A stretch of 64,000 bases of DNA. Origin: Spirochaetia bacterium (GTDB taxonomy: Bacteria > Spirochaetota > Spirochaetia > UBA9216). Shown here in pieces: positions 10,163 to 18,135 of this stretch. The position numbers and the translations under genes were made by a program. Where the stretch lies: NCBI GenBank assembly GCA_963677925.2, contig CAXXYH010000003.1, positions 1,664,001 to 1,728,000 on the forward strand, in the 5' to 3' direction. Every line of letters begins with the position of its first letter. Position 1 is the first letter of the stretch. The notes beneath the pieces are model-generated. The model made no database searches and had not been told where the DNA came from. It saw nothing but the letters and a program-made list of their open reading frames with translations.

Positions 10163-10645
10163 TTAATTAATCAGCATTCTAATAAGGTCACCGGTCGGCA
10201 GCTTTATTTTGATAATATAAATAAACACAACATAGAGTATTACAGTGACTGAAACAGTTATAAAAATCTTTTTCCAGATAGACTCTGTTTTTGATAGGTC
10301 AAACATTGAGATCATAATAAACAGCAAAATTAAGGCTGAAATAATGAAACCAAGATACTTGAACATGACAGGAAACATAGCCAGCAGGATTACAAGTTTC
10401 AGAACTCTGAGCCATCCCGCTTTATCCAGAAAAGGACCCTTGCCTTTTTCTTTCTCTGTCTCTTTTTTAAAAAATAGCGCAACAGCGCAAAGCAGCAGCC
10501 CGCCCGAAGCTATATACGGAAAAACTTTCGGCCCGACCATGCCTGAATATCGTGATGTGGGAAGCTGGCTGGTTAAAATGAGGAATAACAAACTGACCAG
10601 GGTCAGTACTATCCCTATTACTCTATTCTTATTCAAGAAAATCAC
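10163..10645 (-). CDS. tctB: tripartite tricarboxylate transporter small permease
   Basis: GPKVFP, LGFIIS, LPTG; 4 TM; lies between tctC and tctA. Confidence 0.88.
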   Translation of the reverse strand: MIFLNKNRVIGIVLTLVSLLFLILTSQLPTSRYSGMVGPKVFPYIASGGLLLCAVALFFKKETEKEKGKGPFLDKAGWLRVLKLVILLAMFPVMFKYLGFIISALILLFIMISMFDLSKTESIWKKIFITVSVTVILYVVFIYIIKIKLPTGDLIRMLIN

Positions 10646-10655
10646 CCCTTATAGT

Positions 10656-10693
10656 AATTGCCCCAACTCCCCGTGCCGGGAATTGGGGCAATT
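10656..10693 (-). other. stem-loop between tctC and tctB (mRNA stabiliser or partial terminator)
   Basis: AATTGCCCCAA (10656-10666) and TTGGGGCAATT (10683-10693) are perfect inverted arms; no long U tract. Confidence 0.65.
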
Positions 10694-10708
10694 TAAAATC
10701 AAATGTGC

Positions 10709-11704
10709 CTATAGACCAAGCTCTGCCGCAAGCTTCTTCAGCATGGCATGTGTATCATGCATGAATTGAACCGATTCTTCTGTTGTTCTTTCAATTACAT
10801 ACCCGCCGCGCTTTTCAATTGCTTCTTTTGATGCCGCATCAGTTGTACCAAAGCCGTCGAGAACTGTATTTATCCTGTCAACAAGTTCAGCAGACATTCC
10901 ATTTGGACCGTAAAGCATAAACTCGCCTTCCCACACAACATCGTACCCCTGTTCTACTGCAGTAGGGAACTGCGTAAAAGCGAAATCACGTTCGCGTCCG
11001 GTAATACCCAGAACTTTCATTTTACCTGCTTTTACATACTGATCTGCATTTCCCATACCTACATTACATATATCAATATGACCTCCGAGAAGTGCAGTAA
11101 TTTTTTCCGCCTCGCTGCCGGCATCTACCATCTTAAAAGTTGCTCCGGATTCCTGCTCAAAAATTGCCATAACAAAGTGAGATGTCAAGCCTGCAGCCGC
11201 TCCCCATATAATGTCCCCGGGACGAGACTTCGCATCTGCTACAAGGTCATCAAAAGTATTCCAAGGGGCATCCGCACTGACTACCAGGGCGTTATTTCCT
11301 GCGTTCACAACCGAAGAAATACAGGTAAAATCTGTATCAGGATCTTTATTGTACACACCGGTATAGCTTGAAATTGGAAAAGATGTATGGAAATAGTAAA
11401 GGGTAAGGCCATCGGGCTCAGAAGTCCGCACCTGCTCAGCTCCTACAGAACCGCCACCCTCGGTTACATTCATAACAGCACATGGGGTGCCTGTTATCCT
11501 CTGAACATAATCAGCAAAAATCCTTGCATGATAGTCGGCGAAACCACCTGCTCTTGATGAACAGATAATCGTAATTGGTCCAGACGGCCAATCTTCAGCT
11601 GTTACAGGGGCGGAAGTGGAACCAGATTCCTGCTGACCTCCTGCAAAGACTGCTGTACCAAAAACTGTAATAAGAATTACAGCTAAAATTAACAGCTTTT
11701 TCAT
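10709..11704 (-). CDS. tctC: tripartite tricarboxylate transporter substrate-binding protein
   Basis: Signal peptide; WPSGPITII..RAGG..D, PDGLTL, ALLGGHID, FPTAVEQG. Confidence 0.9.
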   Translation of the reverse strand: MKKLLILAVILITVFGTAVFAGGQQESGSTSAPVTAEDWPSGPITIICSSRAGGFADYHARIFADYVQRITGTPCAVMNVTEGGGSVGAEQVRTSEPDGLTLYYFHTSFPISSYTGVYNKDPDTDFTCISSVVNAGNNALVVSADAPWNTFDDLVADAKSRPGDIIWGAAAGLTSHFVMAIFEQESGATFKMVDAGSEAEKITALLGGHIDICNVGMGNADQYVKAGKMKVLGITGRERDFAFTQFPTAVEQGYDVVWEGEFMLYGPNGMSAELVDRINTVLDGFGTTDAASKEAIEKRGGYVIERTTEESVQFMHDTHAMLKKLAAELGL

Positions 11705-11824
11705 AAACTCTCCTTTTGCTCTAAAGATATTTTAAAGTGAAATAATTATTCTTGATAATTATTCTTAATCACGATTATAATGTAGGCCTATTGATAAGTA
11801 AAATTAAATGTTTTTCACTACATA

Positions 11825-11839
11825 TTAAGTTTTACTTAA
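11825..11839. promoter_or_regulatory. putative LysR recognition box
   Basis: TTAAG-N5-CTTAA palindrome containing T-N11-A between divergent tctC and lysR; ATAATTATTCTT direct repeat at 11742-11753 and 11755-11766. Confidence 0.55.
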
Positions 11840-11860
11840 CATCAAGTAAGGGGAAAGTAT

Positions 11861-12811
11861 GTGGATATGACATTTTTAAAATATATAATCACAGTAGCCG
11901 AAGAAAAAAAACTCTCTAAAGCTTCTGAACGGCTGTTCATAACCTCATCAGCACTAAGCCAATGTATAAAGAAGCTTGAAGGAGAGCTTGGTATTCCGAT
12001 ATTTGAAAAGATAAATAATCAAACCTTCCACCTCACCGAAGGGGGACGAATATATGTTGAGGCGGCAAAAGAGATCCTTGATAAAAAAGAACATACTTAT
12101 CGAATACTTAAGGATGTACAACATGCAAACCGTGGAAACTTCACATTTGGTTGTTCACCAAAACGCGGTTTGGCAATGCTTTCCAATATCTATCCAAAAT
12201 TTTATAAGGCATTTCCAGATGTCAAAATCGATCTACAAGAAGCTAACCTGAATACTCTCAGGGATTCTGTCTTGAAAGGCTCTGTTGATATAGCTATCCT
12301 CACCCCGCTGAATGAAGAACATAAACAATTAAACCTTGAGCCTATAGATCAAGAGGAGGTGATACTAGCTATCCCCTATACTCACCCTCTTGCACATCTT
12401 GCTGGTAATAATGGAACTGGAACTATCCCTCTTGCTAATCTAAAATTATTCAAATCGGACAACTGGATGCTCGCAAATAAAAACTCCATGCACCGCAACC
12501 TTACAGACCAGCTCTTCCAACAAGCCAGCTTCGTTCCAGATAAAGTACTTTTGGAAACATCTACAACCGGGGTTCACCTCTCAGCTATCGAAGAAGGTAT
12601 TGCTGTCAGCCTTGTTCCAATGCCGCGTAATCCGGATGAAGTTAAGATAATCAAGCTGCACCTTGAACCTAGGCCATATAGAAAACTCTATGCCGCATAT
12701 CGGAAGAGCTATCTTTTGTCTAAAAACCAGCGGTACTTTATTGACCTAATGGCTGAGTTTTACCGTACTGCACGAAATCAAACCCTACCACCCCACAGGA
12801 CTGGTTGGTGA
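11861..12811 (+). CDS. LysR family transcriptional regulator
   Basis: SKASERLFITSSALSQCIKKLEGELG HTH; substrate-binding domain; divergent from the tct operon. Confidence 0.93.
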   Translation: MDMTFLKYIITVAEEKKLSKASERLFITSSALSQCIKKLEGELGIPIFEKINNQTFHLTEGGRIYVEAAKEILDKKEHTYRILKDVQHANRGNFTFGCSPKRGLAMLSNIYPKFYKAFPDVKIDLQEANLNTLRDSVLKGSVDIAILTPLNEEHKQLNLEPIDQEEVILAIPYTHPLAHLAGNNGTGTIPLANLKLFKSDNWMLANKNSMHRNLTDQLFQQASFVPDKVLLETSTTGVHLSAIEEGIAVSLVPMPRNPDEVKIIKLHLEPRPYRKLYAAYRKSYLLSKNQRYFIDLMAEFYRTARNQTLPPHRTGW

Positions 12812-13302
12812 TCTTCACAATGTTCGACAGAGTCATATACAGACCGGATATGGACCTCAGAGATATCGAGATTGAACTGAAACCGGAGAATACTGCCAAC
12901 ATTGACGGAACAGACATGGTGAAGCTGTCCTATCTTGAAGAGGTTTTCGACACAGAGATGTCGGTATTTGAAATCAGAGCCAAAGCTACAAAACAGGGAT
13001 CCAATGAAATAACCGCACAGACCACAGCGACGAACATAGTACTCGGCTATGAAAATATCAATATTGTAGTGGACAAGAAAATCTACCGCATCAACCAGGA
13101 GCGTTATTACGAAGGTGCCTTCCATATGGAAACAGAAGATGAGAGCTTCCTGAACCCAGCATCGCAGTTCTCTGTCGCTCCCTACATGGACAATCACGAA
13201 ATCTTTATTCCGGTCTTTGAAGTATTGGAGGCTCTCGGATGTACACTTGAAAAGCTTAGCGGCTCTGATCCAAACACCGTTTACAAAGTTGTTATTAACT
13301 AA
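12805..13302 (+). CDS. hypothetical protein, probably a C-terminal copper-amine-oxidase-like (stalk) domain fragment
   Basis: VAPYMDNHEIFIPVFEVLEALGCT resembles the AP.......P.R.V.EALG stalk motif; no RBS or signal peptide; overlaps the lysR stop. Confidence 0.45.
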   Translation: MVIFTMFDRVIYRPDMDLRDIEIELKPENTANIDGTDMVKLSYLEEVFDTEMSVFEIRAKATKQGSNEITAQTTATNIVLGYENINIVVDKKIYRINQERYYEGAFHMETEDESFLNPASQFSVAPYMDNHEIFIPVFEVLEALGCTLEKLSGSDPNTVYKVVIN

Positions 13303-13475
13303 TTATTCAAATAAAAGATCCATAATATTGGTGGGGCGGGGACATAGAAAGGAACGCCCCTCCCTTATTACAGACTGCTCTGCATTATTCAAGTTTGAGT
13401 GATACCTGAGGCTCTCGCTATCCATCCTCCATGACAGTTTGACAGCTCAGACCAGTCTTTTTTGCTCCTGCCCTG

Positions 13476-13991
13476 CTATCTGCCCGGGCTGTAACTCAGA
13501 CATCCTGATGGACAGGCTTCTACGCATTTAAGGCATTTCGAACACGCAAAGGCCTCTCCGGGAATCTTTTTATCTTCTTTATATAGACTGAAAGTCTCAG
13601 ACTCAAGGGTAGACAGGTAGCAGGCATTATCGCAGACTCCGCAGCTTTTGCAAGAATCTCTGTCCAGTTTTATCCTGAACAATGAGAATCTGTTAAGAAA
13701 ACCTGAAACCCAGGCAATCGGACATCCCATTTTATGATACTGGTATGTCTGTATGAACTTATCTTCATCGGGAACTGATCCGGTCAGAAGTTCCTTGATA
13801 AATCCCATAGGGCAAATCCAGCGGCAGAAAACCTTTCCAAATATTATTCCTGCTAAAGCCCCGGCGCCTAGAACATACCACAGGCCGATATGCAGATAAA
13901 AGACTGCGGCAAACATCCCTGCCCCGGCAAGCAGCTGTATCCATCTCCTCTTTGATGTAAAAAATGAGGTGATTTGTTTTCCTGATTTCAC
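13476..13991 (-). CDS. membrane-anchored 4Fe-4S binding protein (NapH/FixG-like)
   Basis: GKVFCRWICPMG, GCP, CKSCGVCDNAC, CSKCLKCVEACP; GTG start at 13991 after a GGGAG RBS. Confidence 0.85.
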   Translation of the reverse strand: MKSGKQITSFFTSKRRWIQLLAGAGMFAAVFYLHIGLWYVLGAGALAGIIFGKVFCRWICPMGFIKELLTGSVPDEDKFIQTYQYHKMGCPIAWVSGFLNRFSLFRIKLDRDSCKSCGVCDNACYLSTLESETFSLYKEDKKIPGEAFACSKCLKCVEACPSGCLSYSPGR

Positions 13992-14081
13992 TATGACTTC
14001 TCCCTTTGGTTTACAAAGAGGATACATTCTTTATGGTCTTTTGTCTATATATAATTTTATATACATTGTTTTGTATCTGAT

Positions 14082-14107
14082 AAAAAAAGACCGGCATCGG
14101 CTGCCGG
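14082..14107 (-). terminator. intrinsic terminator downstream of the sugar/dehydrogenase operon
   Basis: Minus strand reads CCGGCA-GCCGA-TGCCGG-TC-T7. Confidence 0.7.
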
Positions 14108-14267
14108 CCAAAAGAAATCTCCACCCGCTTCTTGATGGATGAAACACCGGAACGCCTGGGTAGGGGCTTCCCGGTGTTTTTGCATAATATTTTTTTTCAT
14201 AAAAATATTATGCGTGTAAATCTATGGTAAGAATTAAAAAACTGAAGTTATTTAATTCTATTATACT

Positions 14268-15683
14268 TTAGTACTCTCTGATTTCGAAGTTCTGAGCTAT
14301 CAGTTTCCGGCCTTCCTCGTATGAGGAAACTTCACCGGCTGATACAGCCTGAATCAGAATATTTCCGAGGGCTGTTGCTTCTACAGGCCCGGCAAGAACA
14401 GGGCGTTTGAGAGCCTCAGCCGTCCATGTGTTTATAAGATCATTCTGACAGCCTCCGCCGATAATGTTCAGCTGCTCTACCCTCTTTCCGGTAATCTCCT
14501 CAAGTTTTCCGACTGTTTTCGCATATTTGTCGGCAAGGTTTCTGAATACGCATGCGGCAACCTCACCGGGGTTTGAAGGAACATCAGTTCCGGCATCTCT
14601 GCAGTACTGAATTATTCTGTCCGGCATGCTTCCGTCTGTAAGGCTTGATTTTAAAAACAGCGGATCATCAAGATCCACAGGCCAGTCCGCTGTACGAGCC
14701 TTCTCTGCCAGGCTTACTATCTCACCCCAGCCGAGTTCGTTGCCGCTCTTGTCCCAGTCGGCCTTGCATTCCTGAATAACCCAGAGGCCCATAATATTCT
14801 TAAGGTAGGTAATAAGCCCCTCTCGGCCGCCTTCATTGGTAAAATTGTACTTGAAACTGAGATCATTGATGATAGGCTTCTCAAGCTCAACACCAAGCAG
14901 CGACCAGGTGCCCGAACTCAGGTATGCGGCGTTTCCGCTGCCGGTATACGGCATTGCCGCAACCGCAGATGCCGTATCGTGGCAGGCCGGAGCGGTCACA
15001 ACAACATCGGAAGGCGCACCTATTTCGGCAGCTTCCTCAGGCAGGAGCTTTCCTATTACCGCGCCCGGAAGGACAACATCGCTGAAAATCTCCGGTTTAA
15101 ACCCGGCTGCGGTAATCAGGCTTTCAGACCACTTGCGGGTTTCAGGATTAAGAAGCTGAGTCGTTGATGCCTCTGAAAACTCGTTGCTTATTACGCCTGT
15201 AAGCCAGTAGTTGAGCAGATCCGGTACGGTCAGAAAATGCCTTGCAGCGGCAACCGTTTCAGGAGATTTTCTACTGTGGGCCAGCAGCTGAAAAATGGTA
15301 TTGAGCTGCATGAACTGAATACCGGTTTCCTTGTATATATCCTCTTTGGGAACAAGCTTAAAAAACTCTTCCTCCATACCGTCAGTCCTGCTGTCGCGGT
15401 AGTGGTATGGGTTGGAGATGAGGTCTCCGTTTTTATCAAGCAGGGCATAATCAACACCCCAGGTATCAATTCCAATACTTTTTATCTGATTTCCGTATTT
15501 ATCAAAGGCTTCCTTAAGTCCCTTCTTGATGTCCGTAAACAGGGCAAGAAAATCCCAGTATATTGTATCTTTGATCCTGACAACACGGCTTGGAAACCTT
15601 GTCATGATCTCTATCCCGTAGAGATCACCGACAATCACCCTGCCGCTTGATGCCCCCAGGTCTACAGCTATAAACTTCCTCAT
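14268..15683 (-). CDS. rhaB: rhamnulokinase (FGGY family)
   Basis: AVDLGASSGRV, GIDTWGVDY, YHYRDSRT, ETGIQFMQLNTIFQL, HDTASAV, SSGTWSLLG, FTNEGG, KNIMGLW, GPVEATALGN. Confidence 0.88.
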   Translation of the reverse strand: MRKFIAVDLGASSGRVIVGDLYGIEIMTRFPSRVVRIKDTIYWDFLALFTDIKKGLKEAFDKYGNQIKSIGIDTWGVDYALLDKNGDLISNPYHYRDSRTDGMEEEFFKLVPKEDIYKETGIQFMQLNTIFQLLAHSRKSPETVAAARHFLTVPDLLNYWLTGVISNEFSEASTTQLLNPETRKWSESLITAAGFKPEIFSDVVLPGAVIGKLLPEEAAEIGAPSDVVVTAPACHDTASAVAAMPYTGSGNAAYLSSGTWSLLGVELEKPIINDLSFKYNFTNEGGREGLITYLKNIMGLWVIQECKADWDKSGNELGWGEIVSLAEKARTADWPVDLDDPLFLKSSLTDGSMPDRIIQYCRDAGTDVPSNPGEVAACVFRNLADKYAKTVGKLEEITGKRVEQLNIIGGGCQNDLINTWTAEALKRPVLAGPVEATALGNILIQAVSAGEVSSYEEGRKLIAQNFEIREY

Positions 15684-15698
15684 AAATCAACCGCTCCC

Positions 15699-16796
15699 TT
15701 ATTTTAACATTATCTGGCCGCCGGTTACCGGGAGGGCCTGTCCTGTTTCGTATTTCTGTTCTACAAGATAGAAAACAGCCTTTGACACATCAACAGGATT
15801 ACAGCCCCGGCCCATGGGAACCTTTGCCTCGTAGAATTCTTTTACATCCGCAATTGTCTTCGCACCAGGCACCTTTCCTGCGTTCAAATACTGAACAAAA
15901 AGTCCCCTTTCCGGATCCGACCAGAGAGGGCCTTCGAAGAAGTTCCCCGGACATATTGAGTTGACCTTGATATTGTCTGTTATCAGTTCCAGAGCAAAAC
16001 TCTGGGTAAGGCCGATTCCGCCGAACTTGCCGCCGGCATAGGCGCCGTTCTTGTTTGAACCTTCAAGCCCTGACTTTGAGTTTATCTGAATAACATCGGA
16101 GTAATAGTTTTTGCCGATTGATTCCGCACCCCGGTTCTGCTCAGCCATCAGGCGTGAGGCGAACTTGGTGCAGATGAAGTAGCCGGTGTAGTTTACCTTT
16201 GTCACAAACTCAAAATCTCCGAGATTCATCTCTTTAACGCTCCCGGCCTTAAGAACTCCGGCGTTGTTGATGAAAATATCAATTCCGCCCTTTTTCAGAG
16301 CAATGGTATTCATCATCTGTTCAACAGAAGCTTCATCAGCAACATTGACCTCGACGGCATCGCAGCATTCCCTGCCAATGGCCTTATTAGTCTGTGCGGC
16401 AAACTCCTGTGCACCCTTAAGGTTCATGTCGGCAACAAATACAAAGATATCCTTCTTTACCAGCTGTTCTACAATGCCTGCACCGAAACCCTGGGCGCCT
16501 CCGGTAACTACTGCGATCTTGCCTGCAAGGCCTGAAGGCCATCCGTCGCGCAGGGATGTGCTGATAGCAAAAGAACCCAGCCCGTCAACTGAAACAGCCT
16601 CAGGGACAGTATTATTGGCGGTAATATAGTCATTGTAGAGCTTACCGGGATTCTCAAAAAATGCGTCCGCATCCTTTACCGAAAGAACACCCGTTCCTGA
16701 TTTTACTTCCGGGCTGAAAGTAACAGCAGCTCCTGTTTCACCGTTATATGTAAGCCCGCGGATCAGCGGTGCTATAGCTTCTGCTTTTATGCTCAT
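15699..16796 (-). CDS. SDR oxidoreductase, sorbitol-6-phosphate 2-dehydrogenase-like, with ~90 aa N-terminal extension
   Basis: TGGAQGFG, NNAG, IQINSKSG..GS.KN.AYAGGKFGGIGLTQSFALEL (SrlD-type signature), KVPMGRGC. Confidence 0.85.
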   Translation of the reverse strand: MSIKAEAIAPLIRGLTYNGETGAAVTFSPEVKSGTGVLSVKDADAFFENPGKLYNDYITANNTVPEAVSVDGLGSFAISTSLRDGWPSGLAGKIAVVTGGAQGFGAGIVEQLVKKDIFVFVADMNLKGAQEFAAQTNKAIGRECCDAVEVNVADEASVEQMMNTIALKKGGIDIFINNAGVLKAGSVKEMNLGDFEFVTKVNYTGYFICTKFASRLMAEQNRGAESIGKNYYSDVIQINSKSGLEGSNKNGAYAGGKFGGIGLTQSFALELITDNIKVNSICPGNFFEGPLWSDPERGLFVQYLNAGKVPGAKTIADVKEFYEAKVPMGRGCNPVDVSKAVFYLVEQKYETGQALPVTGGQIMLK

Positions 16797-16797
16797 T

Positions 16798-18135
16798 TTA
16801 TGCTCCTATTAAATCGATTATATTTTCAGGATTAAAAAGATCCATCTTTTTTCCGGCCGCAGCATAGAACTCCATTCTTTCGGAAAGCGGCTTTGATGCG
16901 AATTCCCCTTCAGGATTGAATAGCGCATAAGATTCGTCGGCAGAGGCAAGATGCTCGTGAGCAATAAGAGTCCATGTTGCATCGATAAGATGTGTGAACT
17001 CGGGCTGAAGAATTTCAGGGCATCTGAAAACCTGTCTTGACGAGTTGATATCAACACCGCTGATCTGCATGAACTCATGATTATCGCAGAGAGCCTGTAC
17101 CCGAAGAAGCTGCTTAACAGTGTTTCTCGGCGGCATGTATGTTACAGCCTTGAAGCCTGTTTTTTTCAGTATTTCAAACAGTTCATCAAGATAATCATCT
17201 TCAAACTTTTCAGCCTTCTTGTCACCGGTAGGGCTTTCGGCAACATCGCCGAGGTAGGCATACGAAGGAATAGCATTAATACTGTTGGCAAATGCCACAA
17301 CCTTATCTGCGGCCGGACATTCAGCCTCATTAGGCTGGATAAAAAAAGACGGAACAAGATTGCTCTTTAGAATTCCCAGCAGATCATAAACATAGTGGGG
17401 ATTTTCCTGGTCGAGAAGGAAGCCTTTGATTTTATCAGTCAGCGGTATTCCCAGCTTATCAGCTACAAAATCGACAGTTCCCTGTCCTTTTCCGGCAGCT
17501 TCAATAATTTTGAGACTTAATGCATAAAGGATATGACGCTCGGTAACACCTCCGCCGTCTGCAGATTCGGAAATTGCAAGCACATCCTTCTCAAAATCCA
17601 GGGGTTCAAGAACTCCCTGAGGCAGGATGCTGTTGAGTTTTTCAACCTCCGCCCGGTTTCTGAGATTCCTCTCTTCCCTTATAGGCTTGATAAATTCCGC
17701 TACTTCCGCAAAGCGGCTGTGGGGAACGCCGTGAATACAGATGTATGCGCTGTTTATTGTGTCCGGGTTGTTAATCTTCCTGGTTTCAAGTGAAGTGCCT
17801 GAAAAGTTGACCCGAAGTTCAAATCCGGTTGTCGAACCGATGCCTATGGATTTACAGGCTTCAACCATCTCTGCGGCCGCTCCGATACTGTCATGATCAA
17901 CACTGCCGGCAGCCTTCAGCCCTGATGCCCAGGCCATGAATGCAGCTTTTGAGGGTGAGTAGGGACTGAATGAATAGATTGTATGAATATGATTATTCAC
18001 CTCATCGGTCTTTTCGTTTGCAAGCTTTCCGCTTTTAATCATATCCCCTATTGCAGAAGCAGCAGCCAGACGCTCGGTCCGGCTGCTGCTGTTGAGTTGC
18101 TCTAATAATACTTTTCCGGGATCGGTATTTATCAT
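16798..18135 (-). CDS. PHP-domain metalloprotein
   Basis: [20 protein letters not shown] and TERH motifs; terminal motif reads SGVDINS. Confidence 0.8.
   Translation of the reverse strand: MINTDPGKVLLEQLNSSSRTERLAAASAIGDMIKSGKLANEKTDEVNNHIHTIYSFSPYSPSKAAFMAWASGLKAAGSVDHDSIGAAAEMVEACKSIGIGSTTGFELRVNFSGTSLETRKINNPDTINSAYICIHGVPHSRFAEVAEFIKPIREERNLRNRAEVEKLNSILPQGVLEPLDFEKDVLAISESADGGGVTERHILYALSLKIIEAAGKGQGTVDFVADKLGIPLTDKIKGFLLDQENPHYVYDLLGILKSNLVPSFFIQPNEAECPAADKVVAFANSINAIPSYAYLGDVAESPTGDKKAEKFEDDYLDELFEILKKTGFKAVTYMPPRNTVKQLLRVQALCDNHEFMQISGVDINSSRQVFRCPEILQPEFTHLIDATWTLIAHEHLASADESYALFNPEGEFASKPLSERMEFYAAAGKKMDLFNPENIIDLIGA

Noticed and set aside
9145-10769. Long plus-strand ORFs antisense to tctA/tctB (likewise 31749-32345, 34386-34931, 40667-41227, 54501-55016)
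   Set aside because: Shadow frames of well-supported genes, with no motifs or RBS.
13330-13366. GGGGCG...CGCCCC hairpin as a REP element or IS end
   Set aside because: Single copy in the window, with no transposase or target-site duplication; at most a weak terminator.
14095-14142. Minus-strand ATCAAGAAGCGGGTGGAG...TGGCCGGCAGCC resembles the 5' half of a SAM-I riboswitch
   Set aside because: It lacks the GAUGAA/P2b pairing, P4 and the closing GAUAA of P1, and the CGGCAGCC belongs to the terminator stem. An Rfam RF00162 scan would settle it.
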